Of a DNA stretch of 64,000 nt, positions 36,287 to 50,164 are shown one piece after another. The notes beneath the pieces were generated by a model. The model was given only the letters and a program-made list of their open reading frames with translations. It searched no databases and was not told where the DNA came from. Source of the DNA: Schmidtea polychroa (lineage: Eukaryota); the NCBI GenBank assembly GCA_044892525.1, contig CM097885.1, forward strand, positions 23,872,001 to 23,936,000. Direction: 5' to 3'. Within the stretch, counting starts at the first letter, position 1. Every line of letters starts with the position of its first letter. Both the position numbers and the translations under genes were made by a program.

Positions 36287-36895
36287 TCATAGTTCGAAGG
36301 GCTTCAAGTATAATCCTTTACCATTTTTAGTTTTACAAAGGCATCCATTCTTTAAAGATTTACATATTTTTTTTAAATCTTCTTTATCTTTTGAAGATAA
36401 AGATTCAGATGTAGAAATTTGATTTTTTAAAAAATCATTTAAACCTCTATCTTTATAAGGATCAAGATAGAGACCCTTTCCCTTGGACAGAGTCCCCTGA
36501 GACTTTTGCCGACTCCCCTCATATGGATTAAGATAGAGACCCTTTCCAACGGACACTCCCCCTTTAGCTTGCCCTACCTTCTTCATTGAATCGATTTCAG
36601 TTTGTAGTTTTTCTTTTTCTAGGTCTGTCTTTTGAGATTTTTTAGCTTTTTGAACTGTAGTTGCAATTCCTCCAGCTATTCCAGCAGCCCCTGATAAACC
36701 AGCAATGATTGCAGGTATTAAAGCAGCTAATGGAAGAATGTCACCTTCTTTAGCTTCGTGGAGCTTCGCTCTAACTTGTTCTTTTACATGTTTTCCAATA
36801 AAATATTTTTTACCATCAATTACTACTGATTTATTTTTATTTGAATTTATTAATTCTTGCAAAGATTCTTCAGTAGAGGAACTCTTCAAGGTCAT
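36287..36895 (-). CDS. pX-like protein (A2)
   Basis: Copy of 7253-7861 with EGG changed to EGD. Confidence 0.7.
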   Translation of the reverse strand: MTLKSSSTEESLQELINSNKNKSVVIDGKKYFIGKHVKEQVRAKLHEAKEGDILPLAALIPAIIAGLSGAAGIAGGIATTVQKAKKSQKTDLEKEKLQTEIDSMKKVGQAKGGVSVGKGLYLNPYEGSRQKSQGTLSKGKGLYLDPYKDRGLNDFLKNQISTSESLSSKDKEDLKKICKSLKNGCLCKTKNGKGLYLKPFEL

Positions 36896-36910
36896 TTTAT
36901 AATAAACAAA

Positions 36911-37716
36911 ATGGATGTACGAAGTCCAATAATTTGGAAACCAATTTTAAATAGACATAAGAGTAAATTTAATAATAAAGTATTTCCTGATAATTTTAGA
37001 TTATTAATTGTTGGTTCTTCTGGATGTGGAAAGAATGTACTTGTTTTGAGAATGTTACTTGAAGATGATTTTTTAGATTATAATAATTTAATCTTTTATT
37101 CTACAACCATAAATCAACCAGAATTACAACTTTTGAAATGTGGATTTGAAAATAAATTAACTAAAAAAGCAATAATTGATATTTTTAAAAATCAACATAG
37201 GTGTCCTGAAGAAGTTTTTCAACCTTGTGATATGGTTGATTGGTATAAGGAAAAGATTTTAGAATCAGATGTTAGTAATAAAAATGATTATATTTGTGAA
37301 GAAGGGCAGGAGGCAATTCAATTTTATTCTCTAATAAACCTGAAGATGTTTTACATTGTGATTTACTTCCTAAAGATAAAAAGAATCTAGTTATATTTGA
37401 TGATGTTGTTAATATGAAAAATCAAGAGATTCAAAAGAGTTACTTTACACGAGGTCGACATAATAATTGTAATGTTATTTATATATCTCAAACATATTAT
37501 GCTTTAGATAAAAATTCAATAAGAAATAATTCCAATTGTTTTATATTTTTTAAATTAGATCGCCGTGATAAGAATATGATTTATAATGATTTATTTTCAA
37601 ATGTTGAACCTGATAAGAATATGTTTGATATGTTTGTTGAAAATCATTGGAAAGAAAAATATAATTATATTTATTTGGATAGAGAAGAAGCTGAAATATG
37701 GAAAAGTTTGTTTTAG
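36911..37716 (+). pseudogene. Packaging ATPase, frameshifted
   Basis: 1-bp deletion at ~37321 relative to A1 splits the ORF. Confidence 0.85.
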
Positions 37717-37727
37717 GGCTTGTCGAC

Positions 37728-39101
37728 TTAAAAATCTGTTTTCTGTAGTTCATTATTATAAAATCTACCTAATATTTTTTCATTATTTAAATCAAAGATG
37801 CTATATGTTATTGGAGTTGTATAATTTATTTTATTTATAATAAAAATTTCATTTGTCCATTTTGCTGTGAATCCTTTTTCAAATTTATTTTTATATTTAA
37901 ATATTCTTACTCGGTCACCAATTTTAAACTTTGGTTTTCCAATAACATCATTTTCAATATTTACCACTTTAATGGTTTCAGGCTTCATGGAAGCATTTAA
38001 AGGTGTTAATTTTATAGAACTATGTACATCATTATTATATTCATTTACAATCTTTTGTAACAATTCATTGTTCCATTTTTGTTTTCCAATAGCAGTAAAA
38101 TATTTCCACATTTTATTTTTTAATGTTCTATTTAATCTTTCAACTACGACTGCTTTTCCTTCGTTTTCTGTTGAATATAATTTAATATCATTTTCATTTA
38201 AAAACTTTGTAAAAACTTTGTTATAAAATTCTGTTCCTTTATCACACCATAAATATTTTGGGATTCTTTGATTTTCTTCAAATGCTTCTGTAATAGAATA
38301 TCCTGTTTTATTTTCTAAACATCTTGCAAAAGCAAATCTTGTATATAAATCTATTACAGTTAAAATTATTTTATATTTTTCAGGGTCTGATGATTTGGGC
38401 ATAAAGACTAAATCTGCAGACCATCTTTGATCTTTTTCATGTACTTGAACTTTTAAATATTTTTTATTTTTTCTAAATTCATGGTGTAATTCCTTTGCAT
38501 ATTTTATTTCTGATTCTGTTGGGGTTTGTAAACTAGTCTTGGCTGTACTCTCGAGGGATCTTTCAATCTCTGCTTGTTCGATAATCTTTTTATAAGCAAC
38601 ATCTTTTGCTTTCCTAGGAAGTCTTGCACCCATGGTGATCGGACTGTGTCCTAAGCCTATGAAAATCTTACCTTTCATTGCTAATTTAACTAGAGCTCTT
38701 TGAATCTTTTCTTGGGTTGATGGATTTTGGATACTATTTAAATCATGTATTAAATTCACATCTGCAACATGTCTATCTCTAAGATTTGTTGAATTGTATG
38801 CAATGTCATGTTTTAAAGCTGCTTGATCAATTCTATTTATTGGTTCTTCTCCTTGTTTGGGATTATTATTTTCATCTAATCTAATATCTAATCTTGTTCC
38901 TGGTCCGGTGTAGTTGTGTTTAAATAAATGTCTTTCACCTGGATATTTTTCTGTAGTAAAAGGTTTTGATATTGAAGATGTTGTTTTTGAAGATTGTAGA
39001 TCACCTCCTGTATGTTTTTTAGTTTTTAAATGACTTGCTTTATGATGTCTTGTAACTTGACAATTAAAACTTTCACATCTCCAATATTTATTTAGAGTCA
39101 T
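37728..39101 (-). CDS. ZnF-PLA2-rve integrase fusion
   Basis: N-terminal C/H finger; parvovirus-type PLA2 (NYTGPGT...IDQAALKHDIAY...D); DDE core; C-terminal PKFKIGDRVRI..KW domain. Confidence 0.88.
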   Translation of the reverse strand: MTLNKYWRCESFNCQVTRHHKASHLKTKKHTGGDLQSSKTTSSISKPFTTEKYPGERHLFKHNYTGPGTRLDIRLDENNNPKQGEEPINRIDQAALKHDIAYNSTNLRDRHVADVNLIHDLNSIQNPSTQEKIQRALVKLAMKGKIFIGLGHSPITMGARLPRKAKDVAYKKIIEQAEIERSLESTAKTSLQTPTESEIKYAKELHHEFRKNKKYLKVQVHEKDQRWSADLVFMPKSSDPEKYKIILTVIDLYTRFAFARCLENKTGYSITEAFEENQRIPKYLWCDKGTEFYNKVFTKFLNENDIKLYSTENEGKAVVVERLNRTLKNKMWKYFTAIGKQKWNNELLQKIVNEYNNDVHSSIKLTPLNASMKPETIKVVNIENDVIGKPKFKIGDRVRIFKYKNKFEKGFTAKWTNEIFIINKINYTTPITYSIFDLNNEKILGRFYNNELQKTDF

Positions 39102-39130
39102 TTTAAAATGTTAAAATATCAGGGATTATA

Positions 39131-40423
39131 TCAAGAATCTCCCCTAACATTTTCGATTATTGAAATCTTTCCACCATATAATTTCATTTCTATTTTCTTT
39201 TCTTCTAATATTAATGTATATACTTTAGCTTTAAAATTAGAATCCTTTGTTACATGAAGTGTAACATCAACATTATTTATGGCTAGGCGATCATCTTGGT
39301 CTGAAACATTTATACAAAATATAGAATATAAATTTTTGAAATCTTCTAAACTTAATTGCGGTTCAACTTTGAAATCATAACATGTTTCAATATAATTTAA
39401 ATATGGGAATATGTTTTCATTATTTTCAATATTAAATTCCATTCTATTTATTGGATAATAAGAACTATTTAATTGAATTTGGATTGTTTTTAAATTATCA
39501 ACTCCAATCTTTTGAATAAACAAGTTGTTATTTTTTTGGAAAGATGAATCTACTTCTTTGAATCCAATCAAGATATATCTTGGTCGGTATGCTAAATTTG
39601 CTACCTTTATAGAATATGTTGAACCCTCTGTCATACTAAATTCACTACAGATTCTATTTAAATAATTTACATTTATAGACTTGTTGGAATTTAATCTTTC
39701 AAGGAGTTTAATCTCAGAATGTGGGTTTAATGTCCATTCAGGTATATGTAATTCAAGTGTTGATAATTTTAATTTAGCTTTTGTATCTACAGCTCCATAG
39801 AACAATCTTTTATCACCTTCTACTCTATTACAGATGAATTCTATAAAAACATTATGAAGTATACGATTATAGTTTTGAAGGAATCCAAACAAGTGTTTTA
39901 ATTCAAAATAACCTTCAAATTTTTTAGATTTATAAAGTTCAGCTCTTTTATGGTAACCATGGTTTACATCTAAACCATCTTTATCTAAATCCCCTTTATT
40001 AACATCAGGAATCCAACCTGTTAATTCACCATATTCGTTTTTATAATCACAACCAGTCAAAATAAAATTTAACATTGTAGAATATACTCCCGAATGCAAA
40101 ACAGTTTCAATTTCTGATGATCCTAGTTTTAATCTCATGTTGGAGAATAAATTTGGAAAGAAATTATTTTCTAGGGTTATATCTTTGTTTGCTTCAATTT
40201 CTAATTCTACTTTGTAATATAATTTGGCATTACAAATAACTATTGGGTTTGATGTTTGAAGAGATTGAAAAACTATATCACCCCTACGATTTAAGTTTGC
40301 AATAGATCCTGAAGTTGGAGAGATTTTTAAAATATCATTTTTTTTAATTTCATGAGTAAATTCTTTATTATAATCAAGATTTAATTTATTTTTTTCTTGT
40401 ATTTTAAGATTTATGTTATTCAT
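39131..40423 (-). CDS. Major capsid protein (A2)
   Basis: 430 aa, near-identical to 9871-11157. Confidence 0.8.
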   Translation of the reverse strand: MNNINLKIQEKNKLNLDYNKEFTHEIKKNDILKISPTSGSIANLNRRGDIVFQSLQTSNPIVICNAKLYYKVELEIEANKDITLENNFFPNLFSNMRLKLGSSEIETVLHSGVYSTMLNFILTGCDYKNEYGELTGWIPDVNKGDLDKDGLDVNHGYHKRAELYKSKKFEGYFELKHLFGFLQNYNRILHNVFIEFICNRVEGDKRLFYGAVDTKAKLKLSTLELHIPEWTLNPHSEIKLLERLNSNKSINVNYLNRICSEFSMTEGSTYSIKVANLAYRPRYILIGFKEVDSSFQKNNNLFIQKIGVDNLKTIQIQLNSSYYPINRMEFNIENNENIFPYLNYIETCYDFKVEPQLSLEDFKNLYSIFCINVSDQDDRLAINNVDVTLHVTKDSNFKAKVYTLILEEKKIEMKLYGGKISIIENVRGDS

Positions 40424-40478
40424 TTTTATATATTAAAATTTACACACACAAAATAGGATTAATTAAATATATTATGTA

Positions 40479-40804
40479 AACCATTATAGCGGAGTGGGAA
40501 TAGGCTTCAATTTTATCACCGGGAGTACCGGGTTCAATTTTCGATTTTGGTCAATTTTTTTCGATATTTTTTTTTCAACGGAATCTGATTCAGCGTACTG
40601 ATTTTAGTATATATTTAAATTTTCAGATGGATCTGAGTGGTAGTTGTCGAGAAAATGAATAATTATTTATTAATTTCATCAATAAATAGTCACAAATTAA
40701 CAACTTATTTTATATTGAGTATAGCTCTAATAGCTTAGTGGTAATAGCACTCGACTGCATTGCCAATACCAATGGGTTCAAATCCCATTTCGGTCATTTT
40801 TTTT
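40479..40804 (+). ncRNA. A2 copies of tRNA-like units 1 and 2
   Basis: Same A/B boxes and T-runs at ~40480-40561 and ~40716-40804. Confidence 0.5.
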
Positions 40805-42109
40805 CAAATTTTTTTTAACGAAATATTGATCAGCATACTCGATTTAGTACTTGTACAAATTTTTATTTTTACTCCACAATGACCTTCCTGATAAATATTC
40901 GTTATTTCAAACATCAATGGTTATTTTACATCATAACCCGAATAGAATTTCATTAAACTCTGTTACAAAAATATTTTCCTTCCATTTCTGGTATTTTCTG
41001 TTATATTCTCTTTGTCATTCAATGTAAAACATTCAGAACTGAACTCGAAATCTTTTCTGAATCAAAACATTTATTTGGTTTTTGGATTAGTTTATATATT
41101 ATATAATTTAGATAAATTTAAACAAATTAATTATTAACTTAAATGATATTCAAATTTATAATATTTTCCAAAAAAATATATAAAATTTATAAAGTTTAAA
41201 AATAAATTGTAAAAAAAATTTTATTCTTTTGAAATATTTGGTCGCAAATATCAGAATATGACAAATTTTGTTTTTTTAAAATATATTTTTATACTAAATT
41301 CACTTTTTCTTATTTATAATACAACACCAATTATATCTAAATTACTAATAAATTATTTTTTAAACGCTTTATTAAACTTAATATTAAATATGTATTTAAT
41401 AATTTATAGCATAAGCAAAATAAATAATTTTAAATGACTATTAAAATAAAAATAATAATATTTTACAATTTAAAAATTATTATTTATTTTAAATAATATT
41501 TAATTTTATTGATATATATTTTAAATAAATTATCATTTTAAAATTCTTTGACTTAAACGAAGAGTGTTCATTAAAAATATTTTTTTACAAAGTTTATTTC
41601 AATACAAATTTAATAAATTATTTTAAAATCTTTATATATTTCAAATTTTAAAAATATTGAAAAATATATTGTTCGATTTTAAAAATTTATATATAATTTT
41701 TTTCTGATTTCAGGTGTCTTTAAAAAAATTAACAATTACAACTTTCAACAAGTTATATGAAAAATTGTATTTTAAAATACGGAAATGTTTAAACATGCTT
41801 TACACAAACTTTAATTTAAAGCTTCACAAACTCGTTAAATATTAAATTGTATTCTCAAGTTATAAAAATTTATCTAATTCCCCAAAATATTAATTTCAAA
41901 TTTTCATTACAATAACCTATAAACGGCATTCATTGGCTTTCCTAATTTATATTTTAAAATATTTATATTAAATAAAAAAGAAAATAAGTCAATTAAATAC
42001 ACATGATTAATCATTTAAAATTTCTGTTAATATTAAAATTAATAAAAAGCGCAATTGACTGGATTTTATTTAATGTCCATTTAGTCATTATCAATTGCGC
42101 TTTGGTTTA

Positions 42110-43003
42110 CACCAAACACCACTGAGAACCGTTTCCTATAATATAACAAAAAAATCAATAATCTTACATTATAGAAACATACATACTTACTTTGATTTCA
42201 CGTTGATGTTCTAATTTATAGCTCAGTGAGATACATCTTATATTATAGAAAACTGAAAAGTGGAAGGAAAATTAAAAACTGCACACAAACGCAACACATA
42301 CTAAAAAGCACATACAAATTTTTGATTCGTATAAATGTAACGATGAGATACGTTTCTATAATAAACTTTATTTTTGACAATTTTTAGAAAAAAAAGATCG
42401 TTGAAAATTTTTAAAATTATATTTTTAATGAAAATATTAAGAGCAGATGAATTTGGTTCAATATCATTTCAATCCAGATTTGATTTCCTGAAAGAAGCTC
42501 CTCATATTGAGCTCAGAAAAAAAATTACAAAAATTATTTTAATCATCGATTTTCCCCAAAATGTTTTAAAAAAATAAATATTTTAGGTGATTGATTTATT
42601 TATTTCATTAACTATAATTAAAAATATATCGGACTCACATTTTTTTGAAATAATTCTAAAATAAATAGAGCTAAATATCATAAAATTCCTAGAAACCCTG
42701 AAAATTAATTAAAATAATATATAATTATACTGTTGATTAAAAGTAATATTTAAGAACTTGAATAATGATCTCATATCTCATATGGATCAGAATTCAAGTC
42801 TTAAAATTTACTTTAAATAAAAAAAATTACTTGAAAGCCATTTGTAAAATGGCTAAAATAAATTTCCAAAATATATAAATGAGACATGATAAATTGACAA
42901 AGATGATTTACAATTACAACCAATTACAATTGGTAAATAAATTGGTGAGTGAATTTACACGCCAACCACCACTATAGAGAACGTATCTCAGTGGTGTTTG
43001 GTG
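42110..43003. mobile_element. MITE-like element (duplicate)
   Basis: Same TIRs and TA flanks as 14560-15453. Confidence 0.7.
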
Positions 43004-46000
43004 TATATGTGCTGTATTTGTGTGTTAATTTTATTTTTCTACCACTTTCTCACCTTCTATATAAAAGATTTTATTCATTAAAACATTAAAATTTAAAGCG
43101 CAGGTAAGTTTGTGTGTTTCCATAATACAGTCAGTCTATTGAATTTCTTTGTATAATATAACTTATATATTGAAAGTAAATAAAAGAAAGAATTTTAAAT
43201 TTATTATGACAAAGTTTGAATAATTGCAAGCTGTTGAGAAACGAAATTTTTTATGAAATAATTTTGTAAGATAATTTTAAATAGAAAGTTTTATGAAATA
43301 ATTTTCAAAGGCAAAATTTAATACAAATTTTTATTAAATTAATTTCAAAGATCGATTTCAATTAATTTCTTCTACTAAAAATATTAGTAAACAAGGGTTA
43401 TATTTGGTAAATAAGTAAATGAAGGGCTAAATTTTGAAAACTAGTAATAGACTTTGAAAGATAATGAGAATAATTTAATTTTAAGTAAATTAAGAGTCTA
43501 AAAATTGATCAAATTAAATTATGGGCTTTTATTTTTAAAAAAAAGTAATCATTGTTCAAAGATTTTAAAAATTTAAGTAATATTTTTAAATTAAGTAAAA
43601 TAAATAAAAATTTTAAATTAAAGTAAATTTTTAAATAAGTTAATTAAAGTAATAATTTTAATTTTATAATCAAAAAGTTTGAATGATAGGCAGCTTTTGA
43701 GAAATGAAAATCTTTAATGAAAGATTTTATGAAATAATTTTTAAAGAAAATTTAGATGCAAATTTCGCAAGTAATAATTATAATAATAATAATAACTCAA
43801 TCAAATACTTAACAACTAAAGACTTTATTAACAACACATAAAAAATAACTATAATAATAAATAAAAATTAACAAGACAGTGATAAAGATACAAAATTTAT
43901 TCATCATCATATATTTGCTTATAAGAAGCTTTTCCTAATTCAGGAAGAAGAATATTTCTTAAATTCTTGTCAAAATCTAAAATTCAACCAGATACCTACA
44001 ACCAAAATACTAACAAATATGTACTATCTAGGTATTATTTACATTCAGATAATAAATACCAACTATCAGCTGCTAAGGATTTTTAACTAGGTACTAACAA
44101 ATAAGTACCAAATACTTACAACTAAGAACTTACAACCAGATAGCTGCTACCATGTATTAACAACCAACAAACAACTAGCTACTAACAGATTAGTTTCAAA
44201 GATTATTTACTAACAATCAACAACAACCAACTAACTAGGTACCAGATACCAAATACTAAGTAACTCTCAAACAACCAGATACTAAAGACTTACAACCAGG
44301 TATTTACAATCAACTAAATATTCTTCATTGTATTTTATCAAATGCTTTTTAAATAAATTAACCTTTTATATGTATTAAATTCAAAAATATATTTAATTAC
44401 AATCAGTAGAAAAACATTTTCTGTCTAAGTCTAAATTTAACAAAAATATTGATTTTCGTCAAAAATGAATAATTATCAACTCAAACACTTTAAAACACCA
44501 CGTGAAATTGAAAATAATTCAAATATTTTAAAATAACAACGAAAGACTATAGAATTTTAATTTTTATTCACAAAAGATCTGCTCAACTTTTAATTGATTA
44601 CTAATATTCGTACTGCCTTAAAACATTTATTAATGAAATGTAATAAGATTATATTAATTGAAAATAGTCAATAATTTGCAATTTGTCATTAATCAGTTGT
44701 TGAAATCTAATTTTATGTTAACATGAAGAAAAAATCTTTGCCTATTTCACAAAGTAATTATAGCCTCTTGACATGAGTAAACTTTCTAATTAGGAATTCA
44801 TTAACAAGTCATCTATATAGGGAAGAAGGCTTTCTACATTCATTCAATAACAGACAAATGTGAAATATAAACAGTAATATTAAATATAATAATGAATATT
44901 GGAACTCCATGTCGATTCCAATGCTGACACTTTACCAAAGACAATGACTTATCGATGACTCATCGTTTAAATGTGGGTACTGTTTTATTTTTTTGCACAT
45001 CCCCCTTTCTGTATGACTCATCGATGACTTATCCTTTTTAGAACAAAGACAATGCATCATTTATTTTTAGAACAAAGACTCGTCAAACGATTCATCATCT
45101 ATTTTTTTAGAACAAAGACTCATAAAACAGGACTCCACTAGAACAAGATCTTATTACTATTATTATTATTATTATTATTAATATTATTGTTATTATTACT
45201 ATTATTATTATTATTTTCAAAATATTATTTAAAACAATAAAGTGATAATTTAAACCTTTAGCTGTAAATAATGGATTTAATGAAAAAACATTTTCGACTA
45301 TAAGATAGTCTTTGTCAATCTCCTGGAACTTTGCAATCTTCTTCCCGAAAATACATTTCTTTCTTTCTTTTATTTCCTTTTTCTTAATTCTCATTGAGAA
45401 TTAATTCTTATTGAGACCAATTACTGAGTTATTCTAAAATATATTTAAAATTATCTAGAAATATATTTAAAAATTATCTAACAATATATTTAAAATTATC
45501 TAACAATATAAATTTTTTCAATGACATTTTTACATGAAAATTATGGTCTAAAATTTTCAATTAAGTAAATTAAGGTCTAAAATTTTCAATTTGTAAATTA
45601 ATGATTAAATTTTAAATTAAAGTAAATTTAAAAAAGTCTATATTTTTAAACTTAAATAAATTAAGGATAAATAAGCAAATTAAGGTCTAATATTTTCAAT
45701 TAAATTAAATTAAGGGTCTAAATTTTTATATTGAATTAATCAAGGATCAAAAATTAAACTAAAGTAAATTAATGATAAATAGGTTAATTATGGTCGAAAA
45801 TTTTAAATTAAGTTCTAAATTTTTAAACTTAAGTAAATTAAGGGTTCAAATTAATAATTTAAGGACCAAATTTTAAAATTAAGTAAATTAAAATAAATAG
45901 GTGAATTAAGGTTAAGTTTTAAATTAAAGTAATTTAGTTCAAAATTTTAAATTAAAGTAAATTAATGTAAAATTTTAAATTAAATTAATAATTTATTGTC

Positions 46001-48209
46001 AGATATTTTGAATAACTATCATCTGATGAGAAATAAAAATTTAAAATGAAAACTTTTATAAAATATTTTTCTATGACAATTTTATATAAATATTTTTATG
46101 AATAAATTTTAGATGGAAATAATGTAAATTAAGGGATACATTTTTAAATTAAAGTAATCAATGGTCTATATTTAAAACTTCTATATTTGGTAAACAAGGG
46201 TTAAATTAAAGTAAATTAATGATAAATAGGTAAATTAAGGTTTAAAATTTTTTTTACTTGAGTATACAAAGGTCTAGAATTAAATTAAAATTTTTAAATT
46301 ATAGTAATACTTTTAAATTAAGTAAATTAAAGTAAAAATTTTAAAATTACAGTAATAATTTATTGTCAGATATTTTGAAAAACTATCAACGATGAGAATT
46401 GACAATTTCAGATGCAAATCTTTTTGAAATTATTTTCAATGATAAATTTAAATAGATTTTTTATGAAATAATAATAAGAGATATATTTAAAAAAAGTAAT
46501 TAAATGCTAAAATTTAAAATTAAGAAAATTAAAGGATTTAATTTTAAATTAAGTAATAAATTTTGAAAGATGATGAGAATTAGTAGTAATAATTAAAGAA
46601 AATTATGACTAAGTTAATTAGATTTAAAGAACACTACAGTGTTAATTCTAACCATTTTACAATAATATTTTTTATCAAAGTTCATATCTTGATTTAGTTA
46701 ATTTTAATTGAATGTAATGACAAATTCCAGCGTGTTGTCTTCAATTTTAATGAATTATTTTGAAAGATTATTTAGATAAATTTTGGTGTCTATTCATTAG
46801 CAATTTTTTTAGAGTTGATGGTTTTTGAGAATTTTTATCATTTTCGTGAATTTCATGTGGATTGAATGAATATTTAAAAATTTAAAGTTAGTTCTAAGAT
46901 AAATTTAATTAATTTCTTGATAATTGGATGCATTTTTATTGATTGATTTTTAATTTTAAATAAAAATTATTTTTAATGACAGTTAGGTTAATTATCAAGT
47001 GATAGGATATGACTTTGTAATGTAATTGAATTTGACTAAGTAGTTTTTTGTATATTTTCTAAGAATTTCATGTTGATTGATTAAATATTTAAAGTTTTAA
47101 TGGTGATTTTAATTGAATTTCTTGATAATTTGCTAAATTTTAAAAAAAAATTAATTTTTTTAATGACTGTTAGGTTAATAATCAAGTAATAGGTTTAATT
47201 TTAGATGACTTTGTATTGCACTTGACTCAATAATCTTTTCAATACTTTTCTAAGAATATTTTCATTTCCACATTGATGAACTTTTAAAAATACATAAGCT
47301 AAGAAACCAGGTAACTTTATCAAGGACTTCAAATTTACTTGAAAATTATTGTAAGATATACTGAAATTTGTGATTTAGTTTGCTATTATGATCAATCAAT
47401 ATATATCATCTCTAGGTAGGTATTTGATGGGTGAAATATTTGTAGGAAATAATGAGTTTATTATGTCTTTGTTATATAAATCGACTTTAGCGTCAAAATG
47501 GATTTTTAAAATAAATTTAAATTTTAAAATACCGCAACGTAATATATATATATATATATATATACATATTTTTCCTACCTTTCCTTGATTTTGATTGGTT
47601 AGAATTTGTTCCTGTTTATTATCTTCAGTCTATAAACAATAATCTATCATTAGTCACATTTTACAAATATTTAACTTTAAAAATGAATTCTCTAATAGAA
47701 AACGTTATGAATGTCCGAGAAAAAAATTCAGAAATTTGGTAAATTTTAATTTATTGATTAATTAAATAATTTATTTAGTTACATAATATTAATGAAGACA
47801 ATTTGAAATCGAAGATTAAAGGAAATTTGAAAAGAAAAAGTAAACATAATTTTTAATTTATTGATTTAATTAATTGATAATTTAGGAAATACGAATAAAG
47901 AGAAAAATTATGTCAATAAATCGAAATAAAAAATTACAATGTAAGTATTGATTTCTTTTTATAATTTAAAGGAAATTTAATATAATTTTTTATTTAAGTA
48001 AATGTTAATATTTTTAATTTAGTAAATTTTTATTTTTTAGTAAATAAAATTTGTAAAATAAATTTTGTAAATATTCATTGTAATAAATAATAATGATTTG
48101 CAAATTTTTGCGTAAACATTTATTAAAATATATCATTTAAATTATAATATTTTTTTATTAAATTTTTATTTTATAGGTATACTTTACCCGAATTGAGATA
48201 TCTTTTATT

Positions 48210-48671
48210 AAATAAAATTTATGGAATTATTTAGTGATTTAAAAACGGATGAGAATCCTGATATGGTGGCAGCGGTAAACACCGACGCGATTAACGAAAG
48301 ATTATTGCCAAAAGTGTTCTGTCAAGGTGATGACTTGGAAAAATTCATCAGAAGATCCAAGATCTAATTCGATGCTAAAGGCATCAATAAAAAAGAACAA
48401 GAAAGATTCACCGCATGCATGATCGACGAGGATCTATTGGAGAAATATGCGAAAACAGTTAAAAAAGCAGAAGGATTTCAAGCCAGGTTACGAATGGCAT
48501 TTGATTACGAAAGGGACGTAATAAAGGATATGGAAAGTTTATTGAATTATAAAAGAAGAGGCGAAGAGATTGAAACATATTTTAAAAAAGTGGAGGACCT
48601 TGTTGACAGGTTGTTTGAGAATAAAGAATTCACCAAAGAGAAAATAACAGCAAAGATGTTGATAGTATGTG
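48210..48671 (+). mobile_element. Ty3/Gypsy gag remnant cut by an insertion at 48672
   Basis: PBS at 48264-48276; gag-like ORF. Confidence 0.7.
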
Positions 48672-49230
48672 AGTAGGTAGATAGTAGCCCGCTGCAACAA
48701 TGGGGGGTACCCCCCCCCCCCTATGTTGCAAGATTTTTTTTGTTGCACGATTTTTTTTTGTTGCAACTTTTGATTACGCAATTTTTCAGACTATAGTGAG
48801 GGGGGTCTCGGTGGTCCTGGGATTTTCAATACAAAAATCCGACTACCACTAAAAAAGCATGGAATTTTCAGACTATAGTGAGGGGGTCTCGATGGTCCTA
48901 GGATTTTCAATACAAAAAAAATTTTTCAATTCAAAAATCCGACTACCACTAAAAAAGCATGGTAATTTAAGGTCTCAGGATATTTTCAATACAAAAATCC
49001 GATTATCACTAAAAAAGCCAAGGACTTTTCAGACTATAGTGAGGTGAGTCTCCTTGGTTCTGAGAAATAGGTGGTCTACACTAAAAAAACGTGGTAATTT
49101 AAGGTCTCAGGATATTTTCAATACAAAAATCCGATTATCACTAAAAAAGCCAAGGATTTTTCAGACTATAGTGAGGTGAGTCTCCTTGGTCCTGAGAAAA
49201 AGGTGGTCTACACTAAAAACGTGGTAAATT
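48672..49230. mobile_element. Terminus of an unidentified element (AGTAG start, hairpin, subterminal repeats)
   Basis: Sharp junction relative to empty sites at 21162 and ~61964; four CAGACTATAGTGAGG repeats. Confidence 0.55.
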
Positions 49231-49890
49231 TTTCAATTACAGTAAATTATGGCTCAAATTTTTGAATTACAGTAAATTATGGGTCTAAAAATTAAATTAC
49301 AGTATATTATAGTTCAAATCTTTAAATTACAGTAAGTAATGGGTCTAAAAATTAAATTACAGTATATTATAGTTCAAATTTTTAAATTACAGTAAATTAT
49401 TGTGCTAAAAAATTAAATTACAGTAAATAATGGTCCAAATTTTAAAATTACAGTAAATTATGGTCCAAAAATTTAAATTAAAGTAAATTATAGTTCTAAA
49501 AATTGAATTAAAGTAAATAATGGTCCAAATTTTTAAATTAAAATAAATTATGGTTCTAAAAATTGAATTAAAGTAAATAATGGTCCAAATTTTTAAATTA
49601 AAGTAAATTTAAGTTCTTAAAAATTAAATTACAGTAAATTATGGTCCAAATTTTTCAAATACAGTAAATTATGGGTCAAAAAATTAAATTACAGTAAATT
49701 AAGGTTCTAAATTTTAAATTAAAGTAAATTAAGGTTCTAAAAAATTAAAATAAAGTAAATTAAGGTTCAAATTTTTGAATTAAGTAATCAATGGTAAAAA
49801 ATTTTAAATAAGTAAATTAAAGTAATAATTTTTAAATTAAGTAATCAACGGTAAAAAATTTTAAATAAGTAAATTAAAGTAAGATTTTAA
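49230..49890. repeat. ~30-bp tandem AAATTACAGTAAATTATGG satellite
   Basis: Read directly; degenerate relatives at 18050-19060 and 45540-46560. Confidence 0.85.
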
Positions 49891-50164
49891 AATTTATTAA
49901 CAAAAAGTTGAAGGTGTTTGAGAATTGAAATTTTTTATTGAAAATTTTTATGGAATAATTTTTTAAGTAATTTTTAATGGAAATTTTTATGAAATAATTT
50001 TTTAAGTTAATTTTTAATGGAAATTTTTATGGAATAATTTTTTAAGTAATTTTTAATGGAAATTTTTATGAAATATTTTTCAATGATAATTTTAGATGGA
50101 AATTTTTAAGATAATTTTTAATGGAAATTTTTATGAAATATTTTTCAATGACAAATTTTAATAA

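Larger units (their letters stand above)
33202..48671 (+). repeat. Segmental duplication of 5319-11589 plus 13326-21162
   Basis: Near-identical colinear sequence covering both Polinton genes and non-element flank. Confidence 0.92.

Noticed and set aside
48785..49230. CRISPR-like array
   Set aside because: The spacers are themselves repeated, the context is eukaryotic and there are no cas genes.
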